Notes: generated by a model from the sequence alone, not told the origin. A stretch of 64,000 nucleotides of DNA from Lentimicrobiaceae bacterium (GCA_031550085.1 JAVBOY010000015.1:27429-91428); one strand, 5' to 3'; positions 10,201 to 19,352 are shown, counted from the first letter of the stretch. Translations and numbers: made by a program.

Positions 10201-13200
10201 TTAGCGTCGCTAGCTCCATATGTTCCCCAAGGTGTGAACTCGAGCGGAACTTCATACTCGTAATAGTTATTCGTAAAATCCGACCCGAAACGGATAAAAA
10301 CAGTCAAGTCGCCTTTTTTTAATTCCTGATTGGCAATGGATTTTTCGGCATGAATATACATTTTCAACCTTTTGTAATTCCGGAAATCGTAATCGGTTGT
10401 TTTGTAAGCTCCCCGAGCATCACCATCCAGCAAATTGCAAACTTTCAATACCATCGATTGCTCGTTTTGAGCAATGTAGCTTGTACTTCCAACCAATTGT
10501 TCGCGATCAACGCCCGGAGGCAACACATAAGGAACATTGGCGCGTTGGCTGTTTTCCTCAATGTTTACAGTTGAAATATCGAACGTTGTTGTGTTGTTAC
10601 CCGGATCCGGAACGTATTCACCGGGAGCCAGAAGCGAATTATTGTATTTCCGCCATTCTCCACGTTCCAATTCAAACGTCGCGAAGCGGCATACGATGGG
10701 GGTTTCAAAATTCTTGACAAGCATCCGCATAAAACGGACCGAACGGAAATCCTGAATGCTACCAACCACTTTTGTGGGCTGCTGAATGGGAATTTTAAAC
10801 TGGTACCATTTTACATTCCGTTTTTTCCCGTTTTCAAGTTCAACATCCATCGCCGTATACATATCCGTGATGTAATTCTCGCCGACAATCATTTTTTCAG
10901 GCCTTAATTGTAAGCGGTATTGGAAATAGCGTTCTTGATCGCTCAAGGTATTGTCGTTATTGATGTCCTCGACATTGGGGTTGAGGGTAAAACCCTGCGA
11001 CGTTCCGACAGGTGAGTTACCTTCTGGATTTGTATATTTTTTATATCGTTCTATGACACTGCTATACGTGGGATCGTTGTCGTAATCACCTCCCAAATAG
11101 TAGTGAAAATCGTCAGACCCAGGGTCATCGAAAGCATTCCGGTAAGCATCAGTATTTGTCCCATTGAATAAACTGTCGATCCTGCGTAAATAATTTGCAA
11201 AAAAGGAACGCTCATCTTCTGTGGAAAGTCCGTCGTAACCAATATCCTGATATTTCCTGGAATCCGCGTTGTTGTCGAACGAATTGGTAAGGGCCTGACG
11301 GCTCGGAACACGTCCCCAAATGGTTGTATCAACATCTTTTACTACTTCCGAGGTTGGAAAGCCGTTTTCAAACGATTTCCGGCCATCCCGTAAAATATCT
11401 TCCGAAATATCCCCCAGTTGGAAATAAAGGTCTCCCCCTCTTTGCGACGGATCTTCATCGAAAGGGTCCATCAGCCAGAATGTGATGTACTCGATGTTTG
11501 CTCTTTCAAAATCCGGATTGTCCATCTTTCGCATAATGCCCGCCCACCGTGAACTCGGCTCATTCAATCTTCCCGAAGGCGCAATGCCTTCCGAGTAAGA
11601 GGTGGGTTCTACGTCGTAATTGTAGGGGCCTCGTTCATCGGGGAAATAGGCTAAATTGAATACGGGCAAAATGGAAGGCCGGTTATTTTCAATCGATTTT
11701 TCAGGGAAAAGTTCCTTTTCATACACAATACGTGTTGAGTTTTTTGAAACTTCGTCGACCGAGATGTTGCCGGGTCTCCGGGTACTCCCGCTTGATCCGT
11801 AAAACAGGTCGTCAATATAATACCACGAAAGTCTTGCCCGGTTATACCCATAAATCAATCCGGTGCCCGGCGCCCCTTCGGGGAACATATCCCGGCTTGT
11901 TTGCCCTTGAGGTGTACTGGCAACACTCCAAGTTGTAATGGATTGCAAATTGATGCTCGTTTTTGCTCCCTCAAAATCATCAATGAACGATGTACCGGCT
12001 TTCCCAACCGAGCGGGAATGGCCCGGTATAAAATGAGCAAATTCTCCATCGAAACGTAATTTAGAAGGGGTAGCCGAGTTGGAATAAATTACTTTGTTTA
12101 CAATTTTTGTAATCCAACTAACATCTTTTTGGTAATTGACACTGGCACCCCAAATCACGTTATTGATCGGCTCATCTCCATAATTCGTCTTTTGCGTGAG
12201 CGGCCGTTCGTACATATTCATGATGGTGGCACCGATCAAAAGGTCGTTATTAACTTTATAATCCAAATGAGCTCCCAGCATGGTTTGATTATACAAGTTA
12301 AAGTTTGCATTGTTCTCCAACGAAATGTTGATGGGCGTCCCTGAATTTAAAATGCCCGGATTGATGATTTTAACGGTTCCCATCAAATAATCAACCGTGT
12401 AGTCGACATTCTCGGTAAGCTCAATTCCTCCTGCGCGCACTTTTACCGATCCTTGCGGGATGTTATTGGCATTTAAATGATACTCGCTTCCGGTTTCCGA
12501 CTTGTACTGGCCTTCGATGGTGTATTTGTTTTTTTCGGGGTATTGTTGTGCCCCGGTTTTTGTCAAGGTATAAAGTGAATCATAGCAATAACGGTCAGCC
12601 AACGATTTATCCCCGATTTTCTGTCGCAAATAACTGCCGAATGGTTCCAAAACCGTGAAATACACGCGGCCGTTTTTGGTGCTGATCGTTCCTCCTTGTG
12701 TCGGAGCATTGTCGATAAAATCGAAAATCCCATCGTGCGGAGGATTCATTTGTTGGTCCAAATTGTCCAATCCCATTAATTGCAAAAGAGGAACACCTTT
12801 CACTCCATCAGGGCCTTCCGTAAAATAACCGGTTGGGACGGCATTGTCATTCCCCGAATACAAAATGTTTAAGATGAAATCTTCTTTATTGAGCTGATAG
12901 GCGCCAATATTATAGACGTTTTTCATCATCAAATTCCACATCGGGATCCGGGTATTGGTAGCCGAACTTTTTAACAGTTTCACAATTAACGTACTGTTAA
13001 CCGGAATTCCCGCATCGGAAAATTCACCGACTTGATATACCTTGTCACTCCCAATCACGGTATACTGGTAAGCAACGGCCAGCGTTTGGTCTGCATTCAG
13101 ATAGGTATTTAACGAAATAAATCCCAACCTGCTGTTAAACGAAAACTCATCAGCGCGCAGTTTACGGGCCAATTCTATTTTTTCAAAATCGACTCCGGGA

Positions 13201-14459
13201 GTAAAGCCTTTCTGGGTTAAGTATTCATTGACCAGGTTTTTATTGCGGATATAACTGGTATCCAAATTTTTCAAAAGAGTATTTGAATTATTGGAAGGGT
13301 AAGTTCCACCGGCAACCGGAAGGACGGTTTTGTTGTAAGGGTCGTTTTCACCTAAATCTTGAAAACCAACGATGGTACGGTTTTCATAAACCGGAGCGCC
13401 GATATTGGTAATCCAGACTTCAATTTTCGTGATGTTGATGTTTGACGAAACGATCGGAAGCTTGGCCAACCCTTGTTCGAAATTGTTGCGGTGGTATTGC
13501 GCCAAGAAGAAGTGCCGGTTTTCTTCGTAGTCCAGCGCAGCAACTTTATATTTCGTGGTTTGGGCGCCGCCTTGGAACGTCATATTTTCCATTTGGCTCC
13601 TTTGTTGTGAAAAGACTGCCGTTACGGTTGCTTTCCCGAACTGCAACTGGGTTTTTAACCCAAACAAACTTTGACTCCCGTTGATAAGCGAACTGTTAAG
13701 CGGCAGCGTTACATCGCCCGCTTCGACCAGTTTGATGATTTCGTCTTCTTTCCCTTCGTACTTCAATTTTGTCTTGTTCTCAAAATCGAAGCTGGCGGCC
13801 GAACTGTAATTCATATTGAATTCAATCTTATCGCCGATTTTCGCCAAAGCATTCAGTTGGATGTTGGATGCGAAATCAAAGTTTCCCTGTTTTCGTTGCC
13901 TCTCCGGCAATGAAGGATCATTCCGGCGGTTGTGTAAGTACTGAAAGGTCAGTTCTGCACGGCCTTGTAAACGAATATCAATGGTGTTGGAGCCAAAAAT
14001 CGGCTCTAAAAAATCCAATTTTATCTGTGGGATAATTCCTTCTTGTGCCGATTTGGCGGTAGTTTTGGAACGCTCAGCCCAATAACTGTCCACGGCCCGT
14101 TTCAGATCCCAGTTTTTATACTCGTCAAATGAGAAAGAGGCGGGATTGAGGTAATCAAAATTTCCGATTTTTCTTTTGATGGTATATTCGTTGGTAACCG
14201 GATCGTATTCCAACTCCGTTTTCATATTCGGAGGATCCTTCATATACAAGCCCCCCGTAGGTTTGGGGTCATAGGGATTGGTAGTTTGAGGAATTGGGAA
14301 AACAGTCGTTGTATCATCTCCGGGAGGTGGAACTGCTGCCGAGTACCCTGTTTCCTGTTTTCCTAATGAAGAACCGAAACTGAAAGCTATGCCCACAGTT
14401 GTGAAGACAACCAAAGCCACTAAAGAAATCCTGGAAGTGTATTTTGTAACCTGATTCAA
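7275..14459 (-). CDS. sprA: T9SS outer-membrane translocon SprA (Sov homologue)
   Basis: A single 2394-aa ORF with a signal-like N-terminus (RISLVALVVFTTVGIAFSF). Its size and composition are typical of SprA, and the gcvH-sprA-ruvA neighbourhood fits Bacteroidota. The only in-frame start near the N-terminus is TTG at 14459, so the exact start is uncertain. Confidence 0.9.
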   Translation of the reverse strand: MNQVTKYTSRISLVALVVFTTVGIAFSFGSSLGKQETGYSAAVPPPGDDTTTVFPIPQTTNPYDPKPTGGLYMKDPPNMKTELEYDPVTNEYTIKRKIGNFDYLNPASFSFDEYKNWDLKRAVDSYWAERSKTTAKSAQEGIIPQIKLDFLEPIFGSNTIDIRLQGRAELTFQYLHNRRNDPSLPERQRKQGNFDFASNIQLNALAKIGDKIEFNMNYSSAASFDFENKTKLKYEGKEDEIIKLVEAGDVTLPLNSSLINGSQSLFGLKTQLQFGKATVTAVFSQQRSQMENMTFQGGAQTTKYKVAALDYEENRHFFLAQYHRNNFEQGLAKLPIVSSNINITKIEVWITNIGAPVYENRTIVGFQDLGENDPYNKTVLPVAGGTYPSNNSNTLLKNLDTSYIRNKNLVNEYLTQKGFTPGVDFEKIELARKLRADEFSFNSRLGFISLNTYLNADQTLAVAYQYTVIGSDKVYQVGEFSDAGIPVNSTLIVKLLKSSATNTRIPMWNLMMKNVYNIGAYQLNKEDFILNILYSGNDNAVPTGYFTEGPDGVKGVPLLQLMGLDNLDQQMNPPHDGIFDFIDNAPTQGGTISTKNGRVYFTVLEPFGSYLRQKIGDKSLADRYCYDSLYTLTKTGAQQYPEKNKYTIEGQYKSETGSEYHLNANNIPQGSVKVRAGGIELTENVDYTVDYLMGTVKIINPGILNSGTPINISLENNANFNLYNQTMLGAHLDYKVNNDLLIGATIMNMYERPLTQKTNYGDEPINNVIWGASVNYQKDVSWITKIVNKVIYSNSATPSKLRFDGEFAHFIPGHSRSVGKAGTSFIDDFEGAKTSINLQSITTWSVASTPQGQTSRDMFPEGAPGTGLIYGYNRARLSWYYIDDLFYGSSGSTRRPGNISVDEVSKNSTRIVYEKELFPEKSIENNRPSILPVFNLAYFPDERGPYNYDVEPTSYSEGIAPSGRLNEPSSRWAGIMRKMDNPDFERANIEYITFWLMDPFDEDPSQRGGDLYFQLGDISEDILRDGRKSFENGFPTSEVVKDVDTTIWGRVPSRQALTNSFDNNADSRKYQDIGYDGLSTEDERSFFANYLRRIDSLFNGTNTDAYRNAFDDPGSDDFHYYLGGDYDNDPTYSSVIERYKKYTNPEGNSPVGTSQGFTLNPNVEDINNDNTLSDQERYFQYRLQLRPEKMIVGENYITDMYTAMDVELENGKKRNVKWYQFKIPIQQPTKVVGSIQDFRSVRFMRMLVKNFETPIVCRFATFELERGEWRKYNNSLLAPGEYVPDPGNNTTTFDISTVNIEENSQRANVPYVLPPGVDREQLVGSTSYIAQNEQSMVLKVCNLLDGDARGAYKTTDYDFRNYKRLKMYIHAEKSIANQELKKGDLTVFIRFGSDFTNNYYEYEVPLEFTPWGTYGASDANAIWPDANMIDLDLEELVNTKLERGSTNTTLPWVTVENGKKTTILGMPSLSDVRVFMIGVRNPKYTGGQSDDDGQPKCAEIWVNELRLTNFKENSAFAATGRLSTTLSDLGNIVLAGSYSTAGFGSIEEKINQRQKESIQQIDVATNLELGKFLPENVGLRLPLHYDYTQTVMNPEYNPLDPDVKYSKQLDNLQKSQRDSLRERTQDVVQRQSINFMNVRKERVAGSPKKVYPWDIENFNVSYSYSEIKKHNVDVESDKTKSYNGALGYMFAISPKVVKPFKSATKLPALINDFNFYYLPESFSFQTDMRRDYQRRMLRNKSDALIILEPTYMKRWDWTRSYDLQYKIAQSIRFKYNARMDAYIDEPSGGVDKGSSAYRDTVWNSIRSFGSPNNFTQTYSINYILPFNKVKALDWFTGTAQYGAAYRWVASPKSVQSQLGNTIDNSREMGFSGSATLTKLYDKVGFLKKATQDLQKMGTDQGQRGQQRTADTQKQGLSNTAAKNPQDTVPKPKPNYLKIASTYFLGVLMSVKDLSFTYNQSNTISLPGFMPEPGLLGNDWNNTQAPGFGFILGSQKDIRQKAAQRGWLTTDSLLNNPYIVNAQNAFQLRSNVEPIKNLKITVNFDRTYRKGSQELFTVDAFGNINSSIPQETGSFTISYFMWPTAFAKTYSDYSNKAFTTMLDNRIVVANRLASQNPNYTGERDSLGFPVGYSNTQAQVLLGSFLSGYSGRDASSMNLSPFKKIPLPNWNLTYNLHQGIKSLQKNFQSVTLRHNYRSTYTIGSFISDINYKAINGYPSERDEINDFIPYQRMDVVVLSEQFSPLIGVDMTLKNSMKIVLEYKKTRTLTLSFVNNQITELGSSEYVTGFGYRFKNVPFRILSLDPTKKAKKISSDLNIRADFSIMDNITLLRSIEDNHTEVSAGFKKYTINLSADYVLSAIISARAFVQTSINRPQIQVSTSNTAAGITLSFLLAQ

Positions 14460-14540
14460 TCGATTTTTGTTTTTACTTACACATTAAGAAGAAATCTGCT
14501 GTAAAGGGTTCCGCTAATGGTTTCTTTCTGAATATAAAAG

Positions 14541-15125
14541 TTATAAAAGCTTCAAAGCCGCTTTGATCAGTTTATCGACCGATAAATTGGCGCCATCGGT
14601 TTCGATTACTTTATCAAGGGCTTTGTTCGCCGCATTTTTTTGAAAGCCTAACATAACTAAAGCAGATAACGCCTCATTCTTTTCTGTATTGTGTTTTGGG
14701 ACAAAAAATTCTTTGCTCAAATCCTCCCGGTTTATTTTGTCTTTTAAATCCACAATGATGCGTTGGGCCGACTTGGCCCCGATGCCTTTTACGGCTTGTA
14801 AAACGTATATATTTTCACCAATAATGGCATCGATTACTTCCGAAGATGTCAACGACGATAAGATCAATCGTGCCGTATTGGGGCCCACGCCCGAAACGGT
14901 GATCAATTGTTGAAAAACATGGCGTTCGGATTCGTCTGCAAAACCAAACAGGATCAATGCGTCTTCACGCACAACAAGGTGCGTATGCAACTTGCACTGT
15001 TGGCTTCCTTTAATCTGGCTGTATGTTTGTAAAGAAATTTGTAATAAATAACCCACTCCATGGCATTCAACCACTGCAGTTGCCGGAGTGAGTCCGACAA
15101 GATTTCCTTCAAAAAATGAATACAT
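14541..15125 (-). CDS. ruvA: Holliday junction branch migration protein RuvA
   Basis: 194-aa ORF. MYSFFEGNLV...VECHGVGY is an OB-fold N-terminus. Two HhH motifs follow (LITVSGVGPNTA, LQAVKGIGAKSAQRI). Confidence 0.9.
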   Translation of the reverse strand: MYSFFEGNLVGLTPATAVVECHGVGYLLQISLQTYSQIKGSQQCKLHTHLVVREDALILFGFADESERHVFQQLITVSGVGPNTARLILSSLTSSEVIDAIIGENIYVLQAVKGIGAKSAQRIIVDLKDKINREDLSKEFFVPKHNTEKNEALSALVMLGFQKNAANKALDKVIETDGANLSVDKLIKAALKLL

Positions 15126-15338
15126 TGTTATTTTGTTGAAATATAATTATTTGTAAGAAGGTGATGCGTTTCATCAAAAACGGAAAATTTTGTCAATTGC
15201 CTGAGGTTGATAAAAGTTTGCAAAAATACGATTTTCCCAGCAAGTTTTATTTATATTAAAAAAACATGATAGAAGCAAACTCAACCCTCGAAGTTGGTTT
15301 CCCAAAAACCATCAGCATTTCTTCTCAGGCGTTAAAAG

Positions 15339-16451
15339 CTAATTTTCAATTGCGCTGCAAAAACAGGATCCACAATACTCAAACTGCTGATCTCGCTGCT
15401 GCGGCTTAAAGCCTGCTTCTTCAATGGCTTTCCGGATTCCGGTTTGGTCAAATTTGTGATTGGCGCCGGCAGCCGAAACTACATTTTCTTCGATCATGAT
15501 GGAACCAAAATCGTTGGCGCCACTATGAAGGCACAATTGGCCGGTCTCTTTTCCAACCGTAAGCCAAGACGCCTGTATGTTCGGAATATTCGGAAGCAGG
15601 ATACGGGATATGGCAATCAACCGGATATAAGCCTCTGCCGACAATGTTCGTATTGGATATCGCTTGCTCAAAACTGTATTCTCGCCTTGAAAAGGCCATG
15701 GAATAAAGCTTATAAATCCTTTGGAGCCTTCCGGTTTTTCGGATTGTACTTCGCGTAGCCGGATCAAGTGTTCCATTCGTTCTTCAGCAGTTTCTACATG
15801 CCCGCACATCATGGTAGCCGAAGTGGTGATGTTGAGTTTGTGCGCTTCGCGCATGACATCCAACCATTCCTGCGTTGTACACTTATTGGGTGAAATTTCC
15901 TTCCGAACACGATCTACCAGAATTTCCGCTCCTGCTCCGGGCAAACTGTCCAAACCCGCTTTTACTAATTCCTCAAGTACTTTCCGGTAATTGATCCGGT
16001 CTAATTTTGCAATATGTACGATTTCGGGAGGCCCCAACGCATGGAGTCTGAGGTTGGGATGGATGGATTTGAGATTTTTAAACAACTCTGTGTAAAATTG
16101 TAAGCCAAATTCGGGATGCATGCCTCCTTGCAACAAAAATTGGTTGCCTCCGGCCGCAAACAATTCCTCAATTTTTTGCCGGTACTCATTTGATGAAGTT
16201 ACATAAGCCTCCTGATGATTTTTGGCCCGAAAAAAATTACAAAACTTGCATCCCGACACACAAACATTGGTATAATTCACATTGCGGTCAATAATCCAGG
16301 TCACAAGCCCATGCGGATGCAATTTTTTACGCAGTTCATTCCCCGCAAACATCAAAAGTGATGTAGGTGCATTTTTATACAGATAAGTTCCTTCTTCAAG
16401 AGAAAGAAATTCCTGATTTAAAGCCCTTTGAATAAGAATATCCATTTCCAT
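15339..16451 (-). CDS. Radical SAM menaquinone (futalosine pathway) enzyme, MqnC/MqnE family
   Basis: It carries the CxxxCxxC cluster motif NYTNVCVSGCKFCNFF, plus GGMHPE, GAGAEIL and FISFIPWPFQGENT, typical of the CofH/MqnC/MqnE clade. I cannot separate MqnC from MqnE by eye. ATGs occur at 16457, 16451 and 16445. A -7 box at 16461-16468 argues for one of the two later ones. Confidence 0.75.
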   Translation of the reverse strand: MEMDILIQRALNQEFLSLEEGTYLYKNAPTSLLMFAGNELRKKLHPHGLVTWIIDRNVNYTNVCVSGCKFCNFFRAKNHQEAYVTSSNEYRQKIEELFAAGGNQFLLQGGMHPEFGLQFYTELFKNLKSIHPNLRLHALGPPEIVHIAKLDRINYRKVLEELVKAGLDSLPGAGAEILVDRVRKEISPNKCTTQEWLDVMREAHKLNITTSATMMCGHVETAEERMEHLIRLREVQSEKPEGSKGFISFIPWPFQGENTVLSKRYPIRTLSAEAYIRLIAISRILLPNIPNIQASWLTVGKETGQLCLHSGANDFGSIMIEENVVSAAGANHKFDQTGIRKAIEEAGFKPQQRDQQFEYCGSCFCSAIEN

Positions 16452-16460
16452 GTGCATGCA

Positions 16461-16468
16461 CAAAAGTA
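16461..16468 (-). promoter_or_regulatory. -7 box TActTTTG directly abutting the mqn start codons
   Basis: The plus strand has caaaagta (reverse complement TACTTTTG). It overlaps the TTG start used by the ORF track. No clear -33 TTG is present. Confidence 0.4.
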
Positions 16469-16642
16469 GTTATTCGAGTTCGAATCGGGCAGAAATATTC
16501 CGTGTTTTTGTTTTGAAAAACGGGAAATTATGTTGTGTAGCGCCTGTCATCACAATATCGTAGTACATTGGAATTTTTGCCGGATGGATAAGCCTGATCC
16601 GGTTTCATTATTCAAAAAGGTCCATTATTTTATCTGTTTCCA

Positions 16643-16685
16643 GAAAGCAGCCAGAGTAGGGAGTGTTCGCCTGCTTTCTTTTTTT
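16643..16685 (+). terminator. Orphan plus-strand intrinsic-terminator-like hairpin in a divergent intergenic region
   Basis: gaaagcag (16643-16650) pairs perfectly with ctgctttc (16671-16678) around a 20-nt loop, followed directly by 7 T (16679-16685). No plus-strand gene lies upstream. Confidence 0.4.
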
Positions 16686-16698
16686 ACCGGAAAAAAAT

Positions 16699-16706
16699 TA
16701 CCTTTG
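16699..16706 (+). promoter_or_regulatory. -7 box TAccTTTG upstream of the LptF/G-family gene
   Basis: tacctttg lies 21 nt upstream of the GTG start at 16727. Confidence 0.45.
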
Positions 16707-16726
16707 TTGCATCAAAATTACTCTCC

Positions 16727-18175
16727 GTGAGGAAGCTGTATTCTTACTTATTACGTTCATTTCTGGGGCCTTGGGTTGCCACCTTTTTCATTTCCTTATT
16801 CGTGCTTTTTATGCAATTTATATGGAAATGGGTCGACGAATTGGTAGGAAAAGGACTGGATTGGAGCGTACTGGGGCAATTGTTTTTTTACATATCGCTG
16901 ACTTTTGTCCCCATGGCATTACCGTTATCGCTTTTGCTTTCGTCGTTAATGATGTTTGGGAATTTGGGAGAACGCTACGAATTGGTTGCCATGAAGGCTG
17001 CCGGTATTTCCATGCAAAAAATGATGCTCCCTCTTTTTGTGGTGATCTTTTTCGTTTGTGTCGGCACATTTTTCTATTCCAACATCGTCCTTCCGCTTTG
17101 CGAATTGAAATCCCGGTCTATTTTATGGGATGTGCGCGAAAAAAAACTGGTTTTTAATATCCCCGAAGGCATCTTCTATTCGGGGATGGACGGATATGTT
17201 ATTAAGGTGGATAAAAAGAAAAAGGATCTGCTTTATGGGGTTATGATCTATGATCACATGGGGATTTCGGGAAACAAAAAATTAACGCTTGCCGATTCGG
17301 CCAAAATGGCCCAAAGCAGCGACAATAATTTTCTGATCCTCAACCTTTTTAATGGAATCAATTACGAAGAACTGGATAACAACAACCCAAAACGGGGATT
17401 CCAGCGAACCAGTTTTTCCGAGCAAACCATTCGCTTCGATTTATCCCAATTTAAGTTTTCGCGTACGGACCAAGATATGTTTCGGAACAACTATCGCATG
17501 TTGAACCAAAAAAGGTTGAAGCACAACATCGATTCTTTAACTTCAAATATCCAGAAACGGGTGGAGGATACCCGCACCATGTTGAGCGGTTCGTTCCGTT
17601 GTTTGAGTTCAAAAGTATGCAACGACAGCTTATTCAAACTGGATACAGCGAAAAGTATGGTGGTGTTCCCGGATAGCATCCCCAATGCCACAAAACTGGC
17701 TTATGTGAACAGTGCACTGGAAATCCTCCGGCAAACAAAATCCAATGTCGAGTTTAATAAAACCTCCATCAAGGAACAACGCGAATTTCGCGCAAAACAT
17801 GAAATCGAGTGGCACCGGAAACTGACGCTGGCGCTAGCCTGTTTAGCCCTGTTTATGTTGGGTGCCCCTTTGGGAACGATTATTCGCAAAGGGGGACTGG
17901 GGATGCCTTTAGTCGTATCGGTACTTTTGTTTGTTTTGTACCATACCCTGTCGTTTACCGGAGAAAAAATTGTGCGTACCGGAAATGTTCCGGTTTGGGA
18001 AGGAATGTGGATTCCGACTACTTTGTTTTTATTTGTCGGTATTTTTCTGACTTACAAAGCATCGACCGACTCGCCGATCATGGATTCGGACATTTACAAC
18101 CGGTATATTCGCAAAGCAATCTCTGTTTTCAAAAAGAAATCTAAACCCCATGAAGATCCTCCTGCTTTGCAATAA
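16727..18175 (+). CDS. LptF/LptG family (YjgP/YjgQ) LPS export permease
   Basis: 482-aa ORF. The N-terminus RKLYSYLLRSFLGPWVATFF is typical of the family. It has three N-terminal TM helices, a large periplasmic domain and C-terminal TM helices. The GTG start has no nearby ATG. Confidence 0.8.
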   Translation: MRKLYSYLLRSFLGPWVATFFISLFVLFMQFIWKWVDELVGKGLDWSVLGQLFFYISLTFVPMALPLSLLLSSLMMFGNLGERYELVAMKAAGISMQKMMLPLFVVIFFVCVGTFFYSNIVLPLCELKSRSILWDVREKKLVFNIPEGIFYSGMDGYVIKVDKKKKDLLYGVMIYDHMGISGNKKLTLADSAKMAQSSDNNFLILNLFNGINYEELDNNNPKRGFQRTSFSEQTIRFDLSQFKFSRTDQDMFRNNYRMLNQKRLKHNIDSLTSNIQKRVEDTRTMLSGSFRCLSSKVCNDSLFKLDTAKSMVVFPDSIPNATKLAYVNSALEILRQTKSNVEFNKTSIKEQREFRAKHEIEWHRKLTLALACLALFMLGAPLGTIIRKGGLGMPLVVSVLLFVLYHTLSFTGEKIVRTGNVPVWEGMWIPTTLFLFVGIFLTYKASTDSPIMDSDIYNRYIRKAISVFKKKSKPHEDPPALQ

Positions 18176-19352
18176 ATCGCCCTGGCCTGCCAACGAAGGA
18201 GGTTCCATCGGAATGTATTTCATGATCAACGGGCTGCTGGATGCAGGGCATGAATTAAAAATTCTGGCCGCCAACACCAACAAAAGCTGGGTGGATCCCA
18301 ATCACCTTCCGAAGAGTTTTCAGGAAAGGACAAATATCGAATTGGTTCCCGTTAACCTCTCCATCAATCCGGTGACGGCTTTCTTTAATTTGTTTTCCCG
18401 GAAATCGCTTCATATCACCCGCTTCAAAACCAAAGCGTTGGAAAATCAATTGATCCGGATTCTGAAAAACGAGACCTTTGATATTGTCCAACTTGAATAC
18501 CTTTCCATGGCTTGCTATTTGGATACGATCCGAAAGTACAGCCGGGCAAAAGTAGTGTTGCGCGCCCACAACGTGGAATATCTGATTTGGGAACGGATTG
18601 CCCAAAATTGTAAAAATCCTTTGAAAAAATCATACCTCAAGCACCTTTGCCGTACTTTGAAACGGTTTGAAATACAAACGTACCGTCAAGTGGACGGAAT
18701 TGCTTGTATTACACCTGTGGATGAGATGATTATCAAAAGCCATGCGCCTAAAACACCATTGGTCGTGATTCCTTTTGGCATTCAACCGGATAAAATACCA
18801 GAACGGCCCGCTGCTTTGCCGGAAAATCCGACTTTGTTTCATTTGGGTTCCATGAACTGGCAACCCAACCTGGAAGGAATCAGTTGGTTTTTGAAAGCTG
18901 TTTGGCCGGATTTTTCCAAGCGGAATCCCGCAGTTATCCTTCATCTGGCAGGACGTGAAATCCCGGCATGGCTTACCCAATCGTCTTTCCTCAATGTGGT
19001 CGTGGATGGAGAAGTTCCGGATGCTTGGGCGTATATGCAATCCCACCATATTATGGTGGTTCCATTGCTTTCCGGAAGCGGAATCCGTGTTAAAATCATT
19101 GAAGGGATGGCCATCGGAAAACCGATTATTACGACTTCCATCGGAGCGGAAGGAATCCAATATACAAATGGGGAAAATATCCTGATTGCCGATAGCGCCG
19201 TTGAATTTATCGAGGCAATGGAATGCCTGATTTCCGATGAAAAACTTCGCATTTCGCTGGGGGAAAACGCCAAAAAGCTGATTTTCGAAAAGCACAATAC
19301 GCCAAAGTTAATGGCAACGTTGGAAAGGTTTTACCAGAATTTGAACTTTTAA
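18150..19352 (+). CDS. Glycosyltransferase family 4 (GT-B fold)
   Basis: 400-aa ORF with ATG start. The C-terminal half has the GT1/GT4 pattern (VVPLLSGSGIRVKIIEGMAIGKPIITTSIGAEGI). It overlaps the preceding gene by 26 nt. Confidence 0.8.
   Translation: MKILLLCNKSPWPANEGGSIGMYFMINGLLDAGHELKILAANTNKSWVDPNHLPKSFQERTNIELVPVNLSINPVTAFFNLFSRKSLHITRFKTKALENQLIRILKNETFDIVQLEYLSMACYLDTIRKYSRAKVVLRAHNVEYLIWERIAQNCKNPLKKSYLKHLCRTLKRFEIQTYRQVDGIACITPVDEMIIKSHAPKTPLVVIPFGIQPDKIPERPAALPENPTLFHLGSMNWQPNLEGISWFLKAVWPDFSKRNPAVILHLAGREIPAWLTQSSFLNVVVDGEVPDAWAYMQSHHIMVVPLLSGSGIRVKIIEGMAIGKPIITTSIGAEGIQYTNGENILIADSAVEFIEAMECLISDEKLRISLGENAKKLIFEKHNTPKLMATLERFYQNLNF

Noticed and set aside
9766-10263. 165-aa ORF antisense within sprA, plus many 60-135-aa ORFs across 7400-13900
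   Set aside because: The 2394-aa sprA frame is continuous and explains the region. The others are short frame artefacts.
16530-16730. 66-aa ORF (MLCSACHHNIV...) in the mqn/lptF divergent region
   Set aside because: It reads through the terminator-like hairpin and the lptF -7 box into the lptF start. No supporting features are present, and the Cys/His content alone is not convincing.
16663-17157. 164-aa plus-strand ORF overlapping the 5' part of the LptF/G gene in another frame
   Set aside because: It starts upstream of the promoter box and terminator-like hairpin. The LptF/G frame has the family N-terminus and continues for 482 aa.
18630-19297. 221-aa and 118-aa ORFs antisense to the GT4 glycosyltransferase gene
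   Set aside because: Both are fully nested antisense to a gene with clear family motifs. They have no signal or domain features, so they are shadow ORFs.
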